64,000 nt of DNA from Paraspadella gotoi (GCA_051294375.1 CM119263.1:1456981-1520980), one strand, 5' to 3'; shown: positions 25,458 through 40,505, numbered from the stretch's first letter. Program-made: numbers and translations. Notes: a model not told the origin generated them from the letters alone.

Positions 25458-25659
25458 TAATAGGTATGTTGGTACACATCCAACATGTTGTACCAATTTC
25501 ATAAAATTCAGCTCCTTGTATTTTGATGCTTGTGCGGAGAAAAATATAGTATTCCCCGATCTAATACTTAAGGGAGTGGTCTTTTCATACAATTGAAATA
25601 TTCTTTGAAATATTTTACCACTTCATTGATAGGGAGTAAATAAACAAGACTGTGAGAGA

Positions 25660-25925
25660 GTCTTGATTGAAAGCTTTATACCCAGCTCAATCACACATTT
25701 CCCTAACCACATACAAGATTTCATTCCAATCCATCTATCCAATCACGAGTAATTGGTGTTTTTTGTTAAAGTGGGACAGACGGACGGACGGACGGACGGA
25801 CGGACGGACGGACGGACGGACGGACGGACGGACATCGTTTTTTTTGAATAATTTATCATAATTCGATGTTCCGACAAAGTGAATTATAGAGTCGGGATCT
25901 GCTGATAAGCAGATCCGACTAAAAA
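25660..25925 (-). mobile_element. HINE family A copy
   Basis: Minus strand TTTTTAGTCGGATCTGCTTATCAGCAGATCCCGACTCTATAATTCACTTTGTCGG, then (GTCC)n. Confidence 0.65.
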
Positions 25926-26329
25926 GAAAAGAGTATCAATTTTATTGACAGAATAATCATAACAAAAAGACGGGTTAGGAAGAACTCGGGATCTGTTCAA
26001 AAATCGACCTCCTTCGAAATAAGACAAACAAATTGTGCAACTCGGATTTCAACCCAGGATTGTTTCTTTAAGTCATATACATATGACTAGGAGTTAGAAT
26101 TATAATTAATATATTTCATATGTAAGAGAGGTATAGGACTTAATCCCACATAGCCTGTCCAAAGTCAGGAGGTAAGCTAATTTATTTATCGAATGAATGG
26201 ATAATTTTTACATTGTATCAATTTCATATTTACACTTAATACCGATATTTAATCGTGCCGAAACTTCTGCATCCAAAGTTTTTCTAGATGAAACTAAGCA
26301 ACACTTTACCTTACTTTACCTTACTTCCC

Positions 26330-26416
26330 CTTAACTTAACTTAACTTAACTTAACTTAACTTAACTTAACTTAACTTAACTTAACTTAACTTAACTTAAC
26401 TTAACTTAACTTAACT
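26330..26416. repeat. (CTTAA)n microsatellite
   Basis: About 17 perfect units. Confidence 0.95.
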
Positions 26417-26576
26417 CCCGTTTCAGCCGTGAGATCTCTTGTGACATTCGCCCCTCGATGATCATCATAAGAAGACTCAACATCATTCACATTCAATGAC
26501 CTTTAGATATTCTTTACCTCTTTATTATTCTCTCTCTCTCACTCTCTCTGCTCTCTCATCTCTTCTCTTCTCCTGT

Positions 26577-26609
<33 letters not shown>

Positions 26610-26756
26610 CTCTCTCGTCTCTCTCTCTCTCCAGCAAGCCAGAAATTTCTATGGCGGAAGAAAACGAAGAGGAAATTAAATCGAAGCGACAAAATTGAAA
26701 ATATCGCCTTCTCTCCACATTTTCGAGAGCGGAAAGAAGAGAGAGTAGAGAGAGGA

Positions 26757-26807
<51 letters not shown>

Positions 26808-27010
26808 GAAATAGATTCCCTTTTGTTTGCGCTCAGTCTTTGATTCTGTGTGTGAGGCCAAGAATGACGGTGAGTTGGCAACAAAGCAGAGCGAAATAAT
26901 AAGGTTTAATTTTGAGAGAAGCTTACTTTCTACGTATTAAAAAGCACTATTTTGTTTAAAAAGCACTATTTTGTTTAAAAAAAAATAAAAAGGAAATAGA
27001 GATACAGGAG

Positions 27011-27071
<61 letters not shown>

Positions 27072-28349
27072 AGACAGTACAAGAGCAAGAAGAGAGAGAG
27101 AGAATAAGCAGACAGAGAGAAAGAAATAGAGAGAGAGAGAAAGAAATGTAGAGGAGAATAGCAGAAAAAGAGGTAATTTATTTTATTGATATGGTGGAAA
27201 TCTTAAAGCTAAAATGCATAAAAATAATTTTCGTCAAATTTAAGTTTATCAATATAGTAAAACAAGATAATCTTGCAATTTTCATAAGAGAATGTACAAT
27301 ATTTTCAACTGGCTATTTTTCAAATTCAATTAGATTTAAAACTGATGAGAAATAATCTCAAGAAGAGAGAGAAGAGAGACCATACGCAAAACTTAAAAAA
27401 GAAAGTTCTATACAGGACAAATGCATTTGCTTATAACACATGAAATTAATCACAAAATACATGAATGAGACCAACAAATAACAAAAATAACAAACAGGAT
27501 TAAGCTTTATCAAGAATTACTAAACTTCTCTGATTATAAATACAAGAATATACGATACATCGACGTATAACAAAGTAAATATATAACTATATTAGAATCT
27601 AAAATGATTGAGCAAATAAGCCTTGCGCTCAAGACCTTATTTCAAAGAGGATTTCTGAGCATGGAACTCCTGGGATCAAAGGCAAAGAGGCCAAAAAGCT
27701 AAAACGAGAAGCGAAAAGGTCCAGAAATGACGCTGACGTAACACAAGAGGCCTACGGAAGGTCAAGGAAGCCAATGAGCAGGTCAAGCGAAAGCCAAGAG
27801 TAATGACCAAGAGGTCAAGAAGCAAGAAGAGAAGTCAAACGGAGGCCAAGAACTTAACGAGGCCAAGAAGTAAAGAGACCAAAAGGGTTGTGAGACCAAG
27901 AACGTCAAAGAGAATTCACAAACTTTACAAAAAAAAAAAGAGCAAGCTGAGAATTTCTTTAGTTATCGGAATTTTCGTTGGGGAAACAAAGATGTGATAG
28001 TGACAAAGAAGAAGTGAATAGCGTCTAGCTACCGCCTCATCGTCACCTCACAGTATTAATTTAATATCTCTCTTCACATTTGTTCTGTGTCCCGGCCCAG
28101 ATAGCCACCGCCAACGCACTTAGCCCAAGACACCTTCTCGCCTCCGCCGCCCACTTCATCATTACCACTCACCTGCCTCTCTGCCATTCGCCTTTCCCTT
28201 GTCTCTTCCCTTTTTCTCTCTATCTCTCTCCTCCTTCTTCCTTATTTATTTTACCTTATTTTATTTGAAATAGTAGGTTAGTATACAATTTATAGCATAT
28301 TATATGTACAGTTTCACATTTTGAGCATAAAAAATTCAATCAATAAATT

Positions 28350-28405
<56 letters not shown>

Positions 28406-28640
28406 CTCTCTCTCTCTCTCTCCCTCAAAACTACTTTCATTCTCTGTCTGCTCTCTCTTCCTCCATTTCTCTCCCTCTCTTTTCCCTAAAAGCTCTTGTT
28501 CACTTTCACAATTCACAATTCACAATTCACCCTAGGGAATCTTCTTCTCCTTTTCCATGTTTCACTACTTTTCCCGGCCTCACTTTTTTTCTCCTCGGCT
28601 ACATTTTTCTTTTTCGTCCAACATTTTGTTCCGAGTCTCT

Positions 28641-28696
<56 letters not shown>

Positions 28697-28942
28697 CTCT
28701 TCTCTCTCTCTTCTCGCTCGAGCGAATAGTGAGAAATCATTTCTCCACTGATTCCTCGACTCTTACCTTCCCTTACTTTTTCTTCTTCAACTTTCCCTTC
28801 CCCAAAAAAAAGACAAAGTCAGAAGTTAAAATCAATGAAGAGTGAAAATCGAAAATGAATGAATGAATGCATTTAATTATGACCGCAGGATTACAATCTT
28901 ATGCAAGTATAATTTTATCATTTTTAGGATATATAACTGGAC

Positions 28943-29036
<94 letters not shown>

Positions 29037-29348
29037 GGAAAAAACTTAGATGGTTGCATTTTTTAAACTTTTTTTAACCAATTCCTTTTCTTTTCTTTTT
29101 TTATTCATGGCACGTCCGAAAAAAAAACCAAACTGGCTGACTCCCGACCAATCATCGAGCCCCAAGCTCTCATCAAATGGAAACCAAGCACAAAGCAAGC
29201 ACGAATCCGCAGTTGCGCAAAAGAAGGCGTCACCCTTAGATATTGAAACGAAGAAAATCCATAATTCGGTTTTTCTTCCGTCGGTAAACATTTTTGTTTA
29301 TTGAGAAAAATCAACTCATCGAATGATTTCTCTCACGAGGCCGACCCG

Positions 29349-29601
29349 AAACATCGTCACACTCTAGACCCTCAAATGAAATATGTAACTCAGTGGCGCC
29401 GAAACATCATCACACTGTAGAAAGTGTAGACCCTCAAATGAAATATGTAACTCAGTGGCGCCGAAACATCGTCACACTTGTAGAAAGTGTAGACCCTCAA
29501 ATAAAAAATATGTAACTCAGTGGGCGCCGAAACATCATCACACTGTAGAAAGTGTAGACCCTCAAATAAAATATGTAACTCAGTGGCGCCGAAACATCGC
29601 A
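29349..29601. repeat. 60-bp minisatellite x~4 (also at 37620-37871 and inverted at 34328-34578)
   Basis: Unit CCGAAACATCRTCACACTGTAGAAAGTGTAGACCCTCAAATRAAATATGTAACTCAGTGGCG. Confidence 0.9.
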
Positions 29602-30549
29602 ACACCCTATAGAACTAAACATCGCGAGTCCCAAGTTAGTTGAGTTGTACCGTTTTTGCCACTGCATAATTTTATCATACCATGCAACCATCTGCAAACC
29701 GGGACTCCTGCAACGATGGAAACTTGGTGAGCCAATAATATCCTTGCATCATGGATCTCAAACACGAATCAGACTGAGGTGGTGTACTTTATATCGTTTT
29801 AGTCCCATATTGAATCTATATATATATAGATCTTATTAGGTAAAGTAATAATTATTTTTCTTTGTGGATTTGCATAAATTGCAAGTTGTGAATATTTCAA
29901 GTCGACTAAAATGTTTATCATATTCCACGTACACATTCATTCCACCGAAACGCACTATCGATGCTCAAACCACAAACGTCATTTTGAATGACATTTTAAA
30001 ATCTAAATATAATTTCGTACATTTACCAAACCCTACTAATTTACAAATCATAAAACTCAAATCTTGACGAAAAACGCAAAAAACTTATCTACTCACGAGA
30101 TCAACTGGATTTTAATATCATCATAACAAATTAAACCACGACCATTTCTCATTGGCTTTTTTAATCTGTTTGAAAAAAAATGTGAATCGAATTTGTGATG
30201 ACATTATTTTCTTCTTCACATCCTAAAAACTCTCTGTCCTTCTCCTCTTCTCTCTCACCCCGATCTCCCTAATCACCACCACAATCACCCAGATCACTAC
30301 CTCAAAACTCTTCCTCCTCAGAGGGAGGATTGGAACGACTCAAAAAAGTGGCACCGATTTACCAACAACTTATCTCCAGAGATTTTTTGGAAGATTGATT
30401 ATCTCTCGTGAGAGAGAGGATTTCCTTTTTTCGCTCCTTCTCTATCCGCTCTCGTTGTGTGTCGTTGTTGTCGTCGAAATATTTTCGTTGTTGTTGGTTG
30501 CTCTCCGTATGTATTTGTAAATATTTGAGTGCTGTGAAATTTACTAACC

Positions 30550-30961
30550 GGCTCTCTTTTCTAAAAGCGCCCCATTTCTTGATTTATCTCTGCTCTTTAC
30601 TTAATTTTAAAAATTTAACCCAATTCCTAAACCTTAATCAAAAATCAAAATCTAAATCCTTAATCTTTATCTCTAACCTTAATTCATAATCTATTAATCT
30701 AAATCCTTAATCTTAATCTTAATCTAAATCCTTAATCTTTATCTGTAACCTTAAATCCATAATCTAAATCCATAATCTTAATTTTAATCCATAATCTAAA
30801 CCTAAATCCATAAATCCTAAATCTAAATCTAAATCTAAATCAAATCCAAATCTAAATTCTTAATCCTTAACCCTAATCTCTAACCTATATTTATGAAACT
30901 GAAAAACTAACTAAATTTTGAATTTAAGACGAAATGGGGCGCGTTCTGGAAAAATAAGGCC
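30550..30961. mobile_element. MITE with ~34-bp imperfect TIRs and internal (TAATCT/TAAATC/TAACCT)n hexamers; duplicate at 38825-39230
   Basis: GGCTCTCTTTTCTAAAAGCGCCCCATTTC ... GAAATGGGGCG(CG)TTCTGGAAAAATAAGGCC. Confidence 0.65.
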
Positions 30962-32159
30962 AGTAAAGCGTTGAAATGAAAGAAAAAATTGAAACAGGAT
31001 AAGAGAAATGGGGAAATGAAAGTAGGAGATTTGACCAAAAAAAAAAGAAAATAAATTTAAAAAAAAAATAGAAATGAAGAGGAAAGAAAAGAAAAAAAAA
31101 AGAAAAATAAAAGAAATGAAGAGAAAGAAAAGAAAATAAAAGAAAATAAAAGAAAAGAAAAAAAAGAAAAAAGAAAAGAAAAGAAAAGAAAAGAAAGAAA
31201 AGAAAAGAAAAGAAAAGAAAAGAAAGAAAAGATAAAACGAGAAGTCATTCGACCTCTAGATTCGCCAAGGGCGGGAATTCCTCTCAGGTGGCATCGCGTT
31301 TGTTTTTTCGCTTAGCGGTTCATTGGCCGAGGCGTTCCTTGCAAAAGAGGTACTAAACGAAAAATTTTGTTTAGGCGCTGAAATAATCTGAATCTATCAT
31401 CTTAATTATTATCGACTAATTATTTCTCAGGACATTTAAATCATTCGTAGGAGTTGAAATTATCATTTTGACGCAAGAATTATTTCTTAGTCTTGGGACG
31501 CCGAATCATTTTAATTAACCAAATTATTCTTTAGGCGCCGAAATTATCTGAATATGAAAGTTTGCAAAAATTACTGAATATGAATCTGAATCTGAATCTT
31601 GGCGCTAAATTATTTTTTTCGTGAACCGTAAATATCATTGCGCTGTCGAAATTTTATTTTTGGCGTAAAATTATTTCAGTTGTCAATTATGTATTTTTTC
31701 TGTTGCCAAATAATCGTTTTTCGCTGGTTATTTCGGTGCCAGAATATATTTCTGTGCCGGAATCACGTTTCGCACTGGCGAGTCAATGGCGGGACGGCAG
31801 GGCAGGGGCGCGACAGGGGCGGCAGGGGCGCGGCGGCGGCGGCGGCGGCGCACGAACGAACGGAAAAGACGTGAGACTAGAAACGTTGAAAAAAAAGAAG
31901 TGATGAATTATCGAATATGTGAGGGGGGTGAGACAGTGTGGTGAAAGGAGGGAGTGAAAGAGTGAGGAAGGGAAGAGGTGAATCGGCGAAGGAGGGAGTG
32001 AAGAAAAAAGGAGTGAATGAGAGAGAGAAAATTAGTCTGAAGAAAATGTGTAGAGTGACGAACGATAAACTAAGTAAACAAAACGTCAGAGTATAAATTG
32101 CAAAGGGATAAGAACTGAATGGCTGAGAGAAGCCAATGGGCCGAACCAGACTGATCTTT

Positions 32160-32203
<44 letters not shown>

Positions 32204-32611
32204 TCTCTCTCTCTCTCTCTAGCGTTCACCTTTGCAGAGAAGAGAGAGAGAAGGGTGAGAGAAAGCCGTGAGGCAGCCGAAAGAATGAGGCAAAAAAATT
32301 GCGAGCGATCTTACTGGCAATTCAACTGGCAATTCAGAGAATGGTGATTTTTTTAAAAAGAAGGGAAAAGTGACTAGGTGTTTTGTCCCCTATCTATCTA
32401 TCTATTATCTATCTATTCTGTTATATTCTATCTATCCTGCTATTTATCTATCTATCTTTCCTTTGATTTTTTTTTCCGTTACATATTATCTAAATGTTTC
32501 CCTCTGAGGATTTCTTTACCAGTCTTTATCAAAACCGGTTTTAGGCTGAGGGAATTTGAAAGATTTCACGCGGGTTCTTCTTTGGCGGCGACAAAGACGA
32601 CGACGACGACA

Positions 32612-32664
<53 letters not shown>

Positions 32665-33418
32665 CCGAGATGAATCCCGAAAAAAAAAACTTAAGGGTTG
32701 AAAAGAAATATTTGAACTCCTGCGTTTGAATACATACGTACATGTATAATTTTTATATAGTATGTATATGTATATCGTCTTTACCTTATTACAGGGTCTT
32801 GTCCAATCTCGTATCTTTATTTACAGAGCTTGGCAAGTTAACGTCAGGATGCATACAGGTTTTGTTAAAGTTGTCAAAACCTGAGATGTATTTGATTTCT
32901 CCAAGTGAAAAGCAGTTGTTGTTAGTTGTTTGTTAGTTGTTTGTTAGTTTTGTCTGATCTAGTTAGTTTTAACTAGCTACCTTACCTCGGTCACCAATAA
33001 AGCGGGTGAGATAAAATTGTGAAGTTCGTTATCGGTGAAGATTCACAGTTTTAAAAGTGGATGCTTACTTCGTGAAAGGTATAGAGCTTGGAGGTTTCCC
33101 GAAACGTAGCAGATGTTGCGCTTATATCATCATAAATAAGATTGGAGGTTGTCATTAATTTGTTACTTTTTGTGGTATGGGTTACAAACTTACAATACAT
33201 CCGTTTTCAAGAACAGACGAGAAAGACAACAACAGACAGACAGACATATAACAAAATGAATTAAATGAAGAAACGAAGAATAATATTTTTAGAATTTTTT
33301 AAAAGAAAGAAAAAAGAGGTGAAGATGAAAAAAGAAAGAGACAAATAAAAAAGAAGACAGAATAGGAAGGAGAAATATAAAAAAGAAGAAGGANNNNNNN
33401 NNNNNNNNNNNNNNNNNN

Positions 33419-34893
33419 GAGCAACAACAACAACGAAAATATTTCGACGACAACAACGACACAACAACGAGAGCGGATAGAGAAGGAGCGAAAAAAGGAA
33501 ATCCTCTCTTCTCACGAGAGATAATCAATCTTCCAAAAATCTCTGGAGATAAGTTGTTGGTAAATCGGTGCCACTTTTTTGAGTCGTTCCAATCCTCCCA
33601 TCTGAGGAGGGAAAGTTATTTGAGGTAGTGATCTGGGTGATTGTGGTGGTGATTAGGGAGATCGGGGTGAGAGAGAAGAGAGAAGGACAGAGAGTTTTTA
33701 GGATGTGAAGAAGAAAATAATGTCACAAATTCGATTCACATTTTTTTTCAAACAGATTAAAAAAGCCAATGAGAAATGGTCGTGGTTTAATTTTGTTATG
33801 ATGATATTAAAATCCAGTTGATCTCGTGAGTAGATAAGTTTTTTGCGTTTTTCGTCAAGATTTGAGTTTTATGATTTGTAAATTAGTAGGGTTTGGTAAA
33901 TGTACGAAATTATATTTAGATTTTAAAATGTCATTCAAAATGACGTTTGTGGTTTGAGCTCGATAGTGCGTTTCGGTGGAATGAATGTGTACGTGGAATA
34001 TGATAAACATTTTAGTCGACTTGAAATAATTCACAACCTTGCAATTTATGCAAATCCACAAAGAAAAATAATTATTACTTTACCTAAATAAGATCTATAA
34101 TATATATAGATTCAATATGGGACTAAAACGATATAAAGTCACACCACCTCAGTCTGATTCGTGTTTGAGATCCATGATGCAAGGATATTATTGGCTCACC
34201 AAGTTTCCATCGTTGCAGGAGTGCCGGTTTGCAGATGGTGCATGGTATGATAAAATTATGCAGTGGCAAAATAGGCACAACTCAACTTAACTTGGGACTC
34301 GCGATGTTTAGTTCTATAGGGTGTTGCGATGTTTCGGCGCCACTGAGTTACATATTTTATTTGAGGGTCTACACTTTCTACAGTGTGATGATGTTTCGGC
34401 GCCACTGAGTTACATATTTTTATTTGAGGGTCTACACTTTCTACAAGTGTGACGATGTTTCGGCGCCACTGAGTTACATATTTCATTTGAGGGTCTACAC
34501 TTTCTACAGTGTGATGATGTTTCGGCGCCACTGATTACATATTTCATTTGAGGGTCTAGAGTGTGACGATGTTTCGGGTCGGCCTCGTGAGAGAAATCAT
34601 TCGATGAGTTGATTTTTCTCATAAACAAAAATGTTTACCGACGGAAGAAAAACCGAATTATGGATTTTCTTCGTTTCAATATCTAAGGGTGACGCCTTCT
34701 TTTGCGCAACTGCGGATTCGTGCTTGCTTTGTGCTTGGTTTCCATTTGATGAGAGCTTGGGGCTCGATGATTGGTCGGGAGTCAGCCAGTTTGGTTTTTT
34801 TTTCGGACGGCATGAATAAAAAAAGAAGAAAAGGAATTGGTTAAAAAAAGTTTAAAAAATGGCAACCATCTAAGTTTTTTCCTTATTATTATG

Positions 34894-34958
<65 letters not shown>

Positions 34959-35197
34959 TTATTATTATTATTGTCCAGTTATATATCCTAAAAATGATAA
35001 AATTATACTTGCATAAGATTGTAATCCTGCGGTCATAATTAAATGCATTCATTCATTCATTTTCGATTTTCACTCTTCATTGATTTTAACTTCTGACTTT
35101 GTCTTTTTTTTGGGGAAGGGAAAAGTTGAAGAAGAAAAAGTAAGGGAAGGTAGGAGTCGAGGAATCAGTGGAGAAATGATTTCTCACTATTCGCTCG

Positions 35198-35200
<3 letters not shown>
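33419..35200 (-). repeat. Inverted partial copy of about 28717-30500 / 37006-38775
   Basis: Reverse-complement identity; begins at a gap and ends in an (AG)n tract. Confidence 0.9.
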
Positions 35201-35249
<49 letters not shown>

Positions 35250-35269
<20 letters not shown>

Positions 35270-35468
35270 GAAATAGATTCCCTTTTGTTTGCGCTCAGTC
35301 TTTGATTCTGTGTGTGAGGCCAAGAATGACGGTGAGTTGGCAACAAGCAGAGCGAATAATAAGGTTTAATTTTGAGAGAAGCTTACTTTCTACGTATTAA
35401 AAAGCACTATTTTTGTTTTAAAAGCACTATTTTGTTTAAAAAAAAATAAAAAGGGAAATAGAGATACG

Positions 35469-35544
<76 letters not shown>

Positions 35545-36638
35545 TAGAGACAGAGAGAAAGAAATAGAGAGAGAGAGAAAAAGTAAGAGAGAAAAGAGAA
35601 AAAGAGGTTTTATTTTTTTATGGTGGGAATCTAAAGCTAATGCATAAAATATTTCGTCAAATTTAGTATAATATAGTAAAACAAGTAATCTTGCAATTTT
35701 TCAAAGAGAAGCTAAATATTTTCAACTGGCTTTTTTCAATTCAATAGATTTAAAACTGATGAGTATCTCAGAGAGAGAGAGAGAGACCATCGAAACTAAA
35801 AAAGAAAGTTTATAGGGAATCATTTGCTTTACCCATGAATTTCAAATCTGAATGAGACCAAAATAACAAAATAACAAAAGGTTAAGCTTTATCAAGTTAC
35901 TACTTTCTGATTAAATACAGAATATACGATACATCGATATACAAAGTATATATAGATATATAGAATCTAAATGATTGAGCAAAATAAGCCTTGGCGTCAA
36001 GACTTTTTCAAGAGGATTTCTGAGCTGGAACTCTGGGTCAAAGGCAAAGAGGCCAAAAAGTAAAAGAGAACGAAAGGTCACGTGAACAAGAGGCCACGGA
36101 GGTCAAGGAAGCCAAGAGGTCAAGGAAGCCAAGAGGTCAAGGAAGCCAAGAGGTCAAGGAGGCCAAGAACTTAAGGAGGCCAAGAAGTCAAAGAGACCAA
36201 AAGGTTGTGAGACCAAGAAGTCAAAGAGAATTCACAAGAACTTTACAAAGAAAAAAAAGAACAAGTGAGAATTTCTTTAGTTATCGGATTTTCGTTGGGG
36301 AAACAAAGATGTGAAGTGACAAAGAAGAAGTGATGCGTCTGCCTCCGCCTCATCGTCCCTCACAGTTTTTTTAATTCTCTCTTCACATTTGTTTCTGTGT
36401 CCCGCCCGTGCCCCCGCCAAACGCCACTTGCCCGCCTTCTCGCCTCCCGCCGCCCACTCATCATTACCACTCACCTGCTCTCTGCCATTCGCCTTTCCCT
36501 TGTCTCTTCCCTTTTCTCTCTATCTCTTCCTCCTTCTTCCTTATTTATTTTACTTTTTTTGAAATAGTAGGTATATACAATTTATACATATATATGTACA
36601 GTTCACATTTTGAGCATAAAAAATCAAATCAAATAAAT

Positions 36639-36711
<73 letters not shown>

Positions 36712-36928
36712 CTCAAACTCCTTTCATTCTCTGTCTGTCTCTCTTCCTCCATTTCTCTCCCTCTCTTTTCCCTAAAAGCTCTTGTCTCACTTTCACAATT
36801 CACAATTCACAATTCACCCTGGGATCTTCTTCTCCTTTTCCATGTTTCACTACTTTTTCCCGGCCTCACTTTTTTTTCTCCTCGGCTACATTTTTCTTTT
36901 TCGTCCTAACATTTTGTTCCGAGTCTCT

Positions 36929-37000
<72 letters not shown>

Positions 37001-37235
37001 TCTCTCGCTCGAGCGAATAGTGAGAAATCATTTCTCCACTGATTCCCTCGACTCCTTACCTTCCCTTACTTTTTTCTTCTTCAACTTTCCTTCCCCAAAA
37101 AAAAGACAAAGTCAGAAGTTAAAATCAATGAAGAGTGAAAATCGAAAATGAATGAATGAATGCATTTAATTATGACCGCAGGATTACAATCTTATGCAAG
37201 TATAATTTTATCATTTTTAGGATATATAACTGGAC

Positions 37236-37311
<76 letters not shown>

Positions 37312-40300
37312 GGAAAAAACTTAGATGGTTGCCTTTTTTAAACTTTTTTTTAACCAATTCCTTTTCTTTTCTTTTTTTATTCATGCACGTCCGAAAAAAA
37401 AACCAACTGGCTGACTCCCGACCAATCATCGAGCCCCAAGCTCTCATCAAATGGAAACCAAGCACAAAGCAAGCACGAATCCCGCAGTTGCGCAAAGAAG
37501 GCGTCACCCTTAGATATTGAAACGAAGAAAATCCATAATTCGGTTTTTCTTCCGTCGGTAAACATTTTTGTTTATTGAGAAAAATCAACTCATCGAATGA
37601 TTTCTCTCACGAGGCCGACCCGAAACATCGTCACACTCTAGACCCTCAAATGAAATATGTAACTCAGTGGCGCCGAAACATCATCACACTGTAGAAAGTG
37701 TAGACCCTCAAATGAAATATGTAACTCAGTGGCGCCGAAACATCGTCACACTGTAGAAAGTGTAGACCCTCAAATAAAATATGTAACTCAGTGGCGCCGA
37801 AACATCATCACACTGTAGAAAGTGTAGACCCTCAAATAAAATATGTAACTCAGTGGCGCCGAAACATCGCAACACCCTATAGAACTAAACATCGCGAGTC
37901 CCAAGTTAAGTTGAGTTGTGCCGTTTTGCCACTGCATAATTTTATCATACCATGCACCATCTGCAAACCGGGACTCCTGCAACGATGGAACTTGGTGAGC
38001 CAATAATATCCTTGCATCATGGATCTCAAACACGAATCAGACTGAGGTGGTGACTTTATATCGTTTTAGTCCCATATTGAATCTATATATATTATAGATC
38101 TTATTTAGGTAAAAGTAATAATTATTTTTCTTTGTGGATTTGCATAAATTGCAAGGTTGTGAATTATTTCAAGTCGACTAAAATGTTTATCATATTCCCA
38201 CGTACACATTCATTCCACCGAAACGCACTATCGATGCTCAAACCCACAAACGTCATTTTGAATGACATTTTTAAAATCTAAATATAATTTCGTACATTTA
38301 CCAAACCCTACTAATTTACAAATCATAAAACTCAAATCTTGACGAAAAACGCAAAAAACTTATCTACTCACGAGATCAACTGGATTTTAATATCATCATA
38401 ACAAATTAAACCACGACCATTTCTCATTGGCTTTTTTAATCTGTTTGAAAAAAATGTGAATCGAATTTGTGACATTATTTTCTTCTTCACATCCTAAAAA
38501 CTCTCTGTCCTTCTCTCTCTCTCTCTCACCCCGATCTCCCTAATCACCACCACAATCACCCAGATCACTACCTCAATAACTCTTCCCTCCTCAGAGGGAG
38601 GATTGGAACGACTCAAAAAAGTGGCACCGATTTACCAAAACTTATCTCCAGAGATTTTTTGGAAGATTGAATTATCTCTCGTGAGAAGAGAGGATTTCCT
38701 TTTTCGCTCCTTCTCTATCCGCTCTCGTTGTTGTTGTCGTTGTTGTCGTCGAAATATTTTCGTTGTTGTTGTTGCTCTCCGTATGTATTTGTAAATATTA
38801 TGAGTGCTGTGAAATTTACTAACCGGCTCTCTTTTCTAAAAGCGCCCCATTTCTTGATTTATCTCTGGCTCTTTACTTAATTTTAAAATTTTAACCCAAT
38901 TCCTAACCTTAATCCAAAAATCAAAATCTAAATCCTTAATCTTTATCTCTAACCTTAATTCATAATCTAAATCTAAATCCTTAATCTTAATCTTAATCTA
39001 AATCCTTAATCTTTATCTGTAACCTTAATCCATAATCTAAATCCATAATCTTAATTTTAATCCATAATCTAAACCTAAATCCATAATCTAAATCTAAATC
39101 TAAATCTAAATTCAAATCCAAATCTAAATTCTTAATCCTTAACCCTAATCTCTAACCTAATTTATGAAACTGAAAAACTAACTAAATTTTGAATTTAAGA
39201 CGAAATGGGGCGTTCTGGAAAAATAAGGCCAGGTAAAGCGTTGAAATGAAAGAAAAATGAAACAGGATAAGAGAAGATGGGGAAATGAAAGTAGGAGATT
39301 TGACAAAAAAAAAAGAAAATAAATTTAAAAAAAAGAATAGAAATGAAGAGGAAAGAAAAAGAAAAAAAAAAGAAAATAAAAGAAATGAAGAGGAAAGAAA
39401 AAGAAAATAAAAGAAAATAAAAGAAAAGAAAAAAAGAAAAGAAAAGAAAAGAAAAGAAAAGAAAAGAAAAGAAAAGAAAAGAAAAGAAAAGAAAAGAAAA
39501 GAAAAGATAAAACGAGAAGTCATCGACCTCTAGATTGGCGCCAAGGGCGGGAATTCCTCTCAGGTGGCATCGCGGTTGTTTTCGCTTAGCGGTGCCATTG
39601 GCCGAGGCGTTCCTTGCAAAGAGGTACTAACGAAAATTTTGTTTAGGCGCTGAAATAATCTGAATCTATCATCTTAATTATTATCGACTTAATTATTTCT
39701 CAGGACATTTAAATCATTTCGTAGGAGTTGAAATTATCATTTTGACGCAAGAATTATTTCTTAGTCTTGGACGCCGAAATCATTTTAATTAACCAAAATT
39801 ATTCTTTAGGCGCCGAAATTATCTGAATATGAAAGTTGCAAAATTACTGAATATGAATCTGAATCTGAATCTTGGCGGCTAAATTATTTTTTTCGTGGAA
39901 CCGTAAATATATTGCGCTGTCGAAATTTTATTTTTGGCGATAAAATTATTTCAGTTGTCAATTATGTATTTTTTTCTGTTGCCGAAATAATTCGTTTTTT
40001 CGCTGGTTATTTCGGTGCCAGAAATATATTTCTGGTGCCGGAATCACGTTTCGCTCTGGCGGAGTCAATGGCGGGGACGGCAGGGGCAGGGGCGGCGACA
40101 GGGGCGGCAGGGGCGGCGGCGGCGGCGGCGGCGGCGCACGAACGAACGGAAAGACGTGAGACTAGAAACGTGAAAAAAAAGAAGTGATGAATTATCGAAT
40201 ATGTGAGGGGGGGTGAGACAGTGTGGTGAAAGGAGGGAGTGAAAGAGTGAGGAAGGGAGAAGTGAATCGGCGAAGGAGGGAGTGAAAGAAAAAAGGAGTG

Positions 40301-40441
40301 AATGAGAGAGAGAAAATAGTCTGAAGAAAATGTGTAGAGTGACGAACGATAAACTAAGTAAACAAAACGTCAGAGATAAATTGCAAAGGGATAAGAACTG
40401 AATGGCTGAGAGAAGCCAATGGGCGAACCAGACTGATCTTT

Positions 40442-40505
<64 letters not shown>

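Larger units (their letters stand above)
26790..33393 (+). repeat. Copy A of a ~6.6 kb direct duplication (partner 35250-41790)
   Basis: Colinear near-identity differing mostly by indels; ends at an N-gap. Confidence 0.9.

Noticed and set aside
26330-26416. (CTTAA)n as an interstitial telomere
   Set aside because: Not TTAGGG/TTAGG; an ordinary microsatellite
29349-29480. GAAAC-ATC-GTC resembling hammerhead stem III in the minisatellite
   Set aside because: No upstream CTGANGA core or stem II
29349-29601. CRISPR-like appearance of the 60-bp array (short ACACT/AGTGT hairpin)
   Set aside because: Units are near-identical end to end, with no unique spacers and no cas genes; eukaryotic context
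33621-33642. TGAGGTAGT let-7 seed match
   Set aside because: The rest does not match let-7 and no pre-miRNA hairpin is evident
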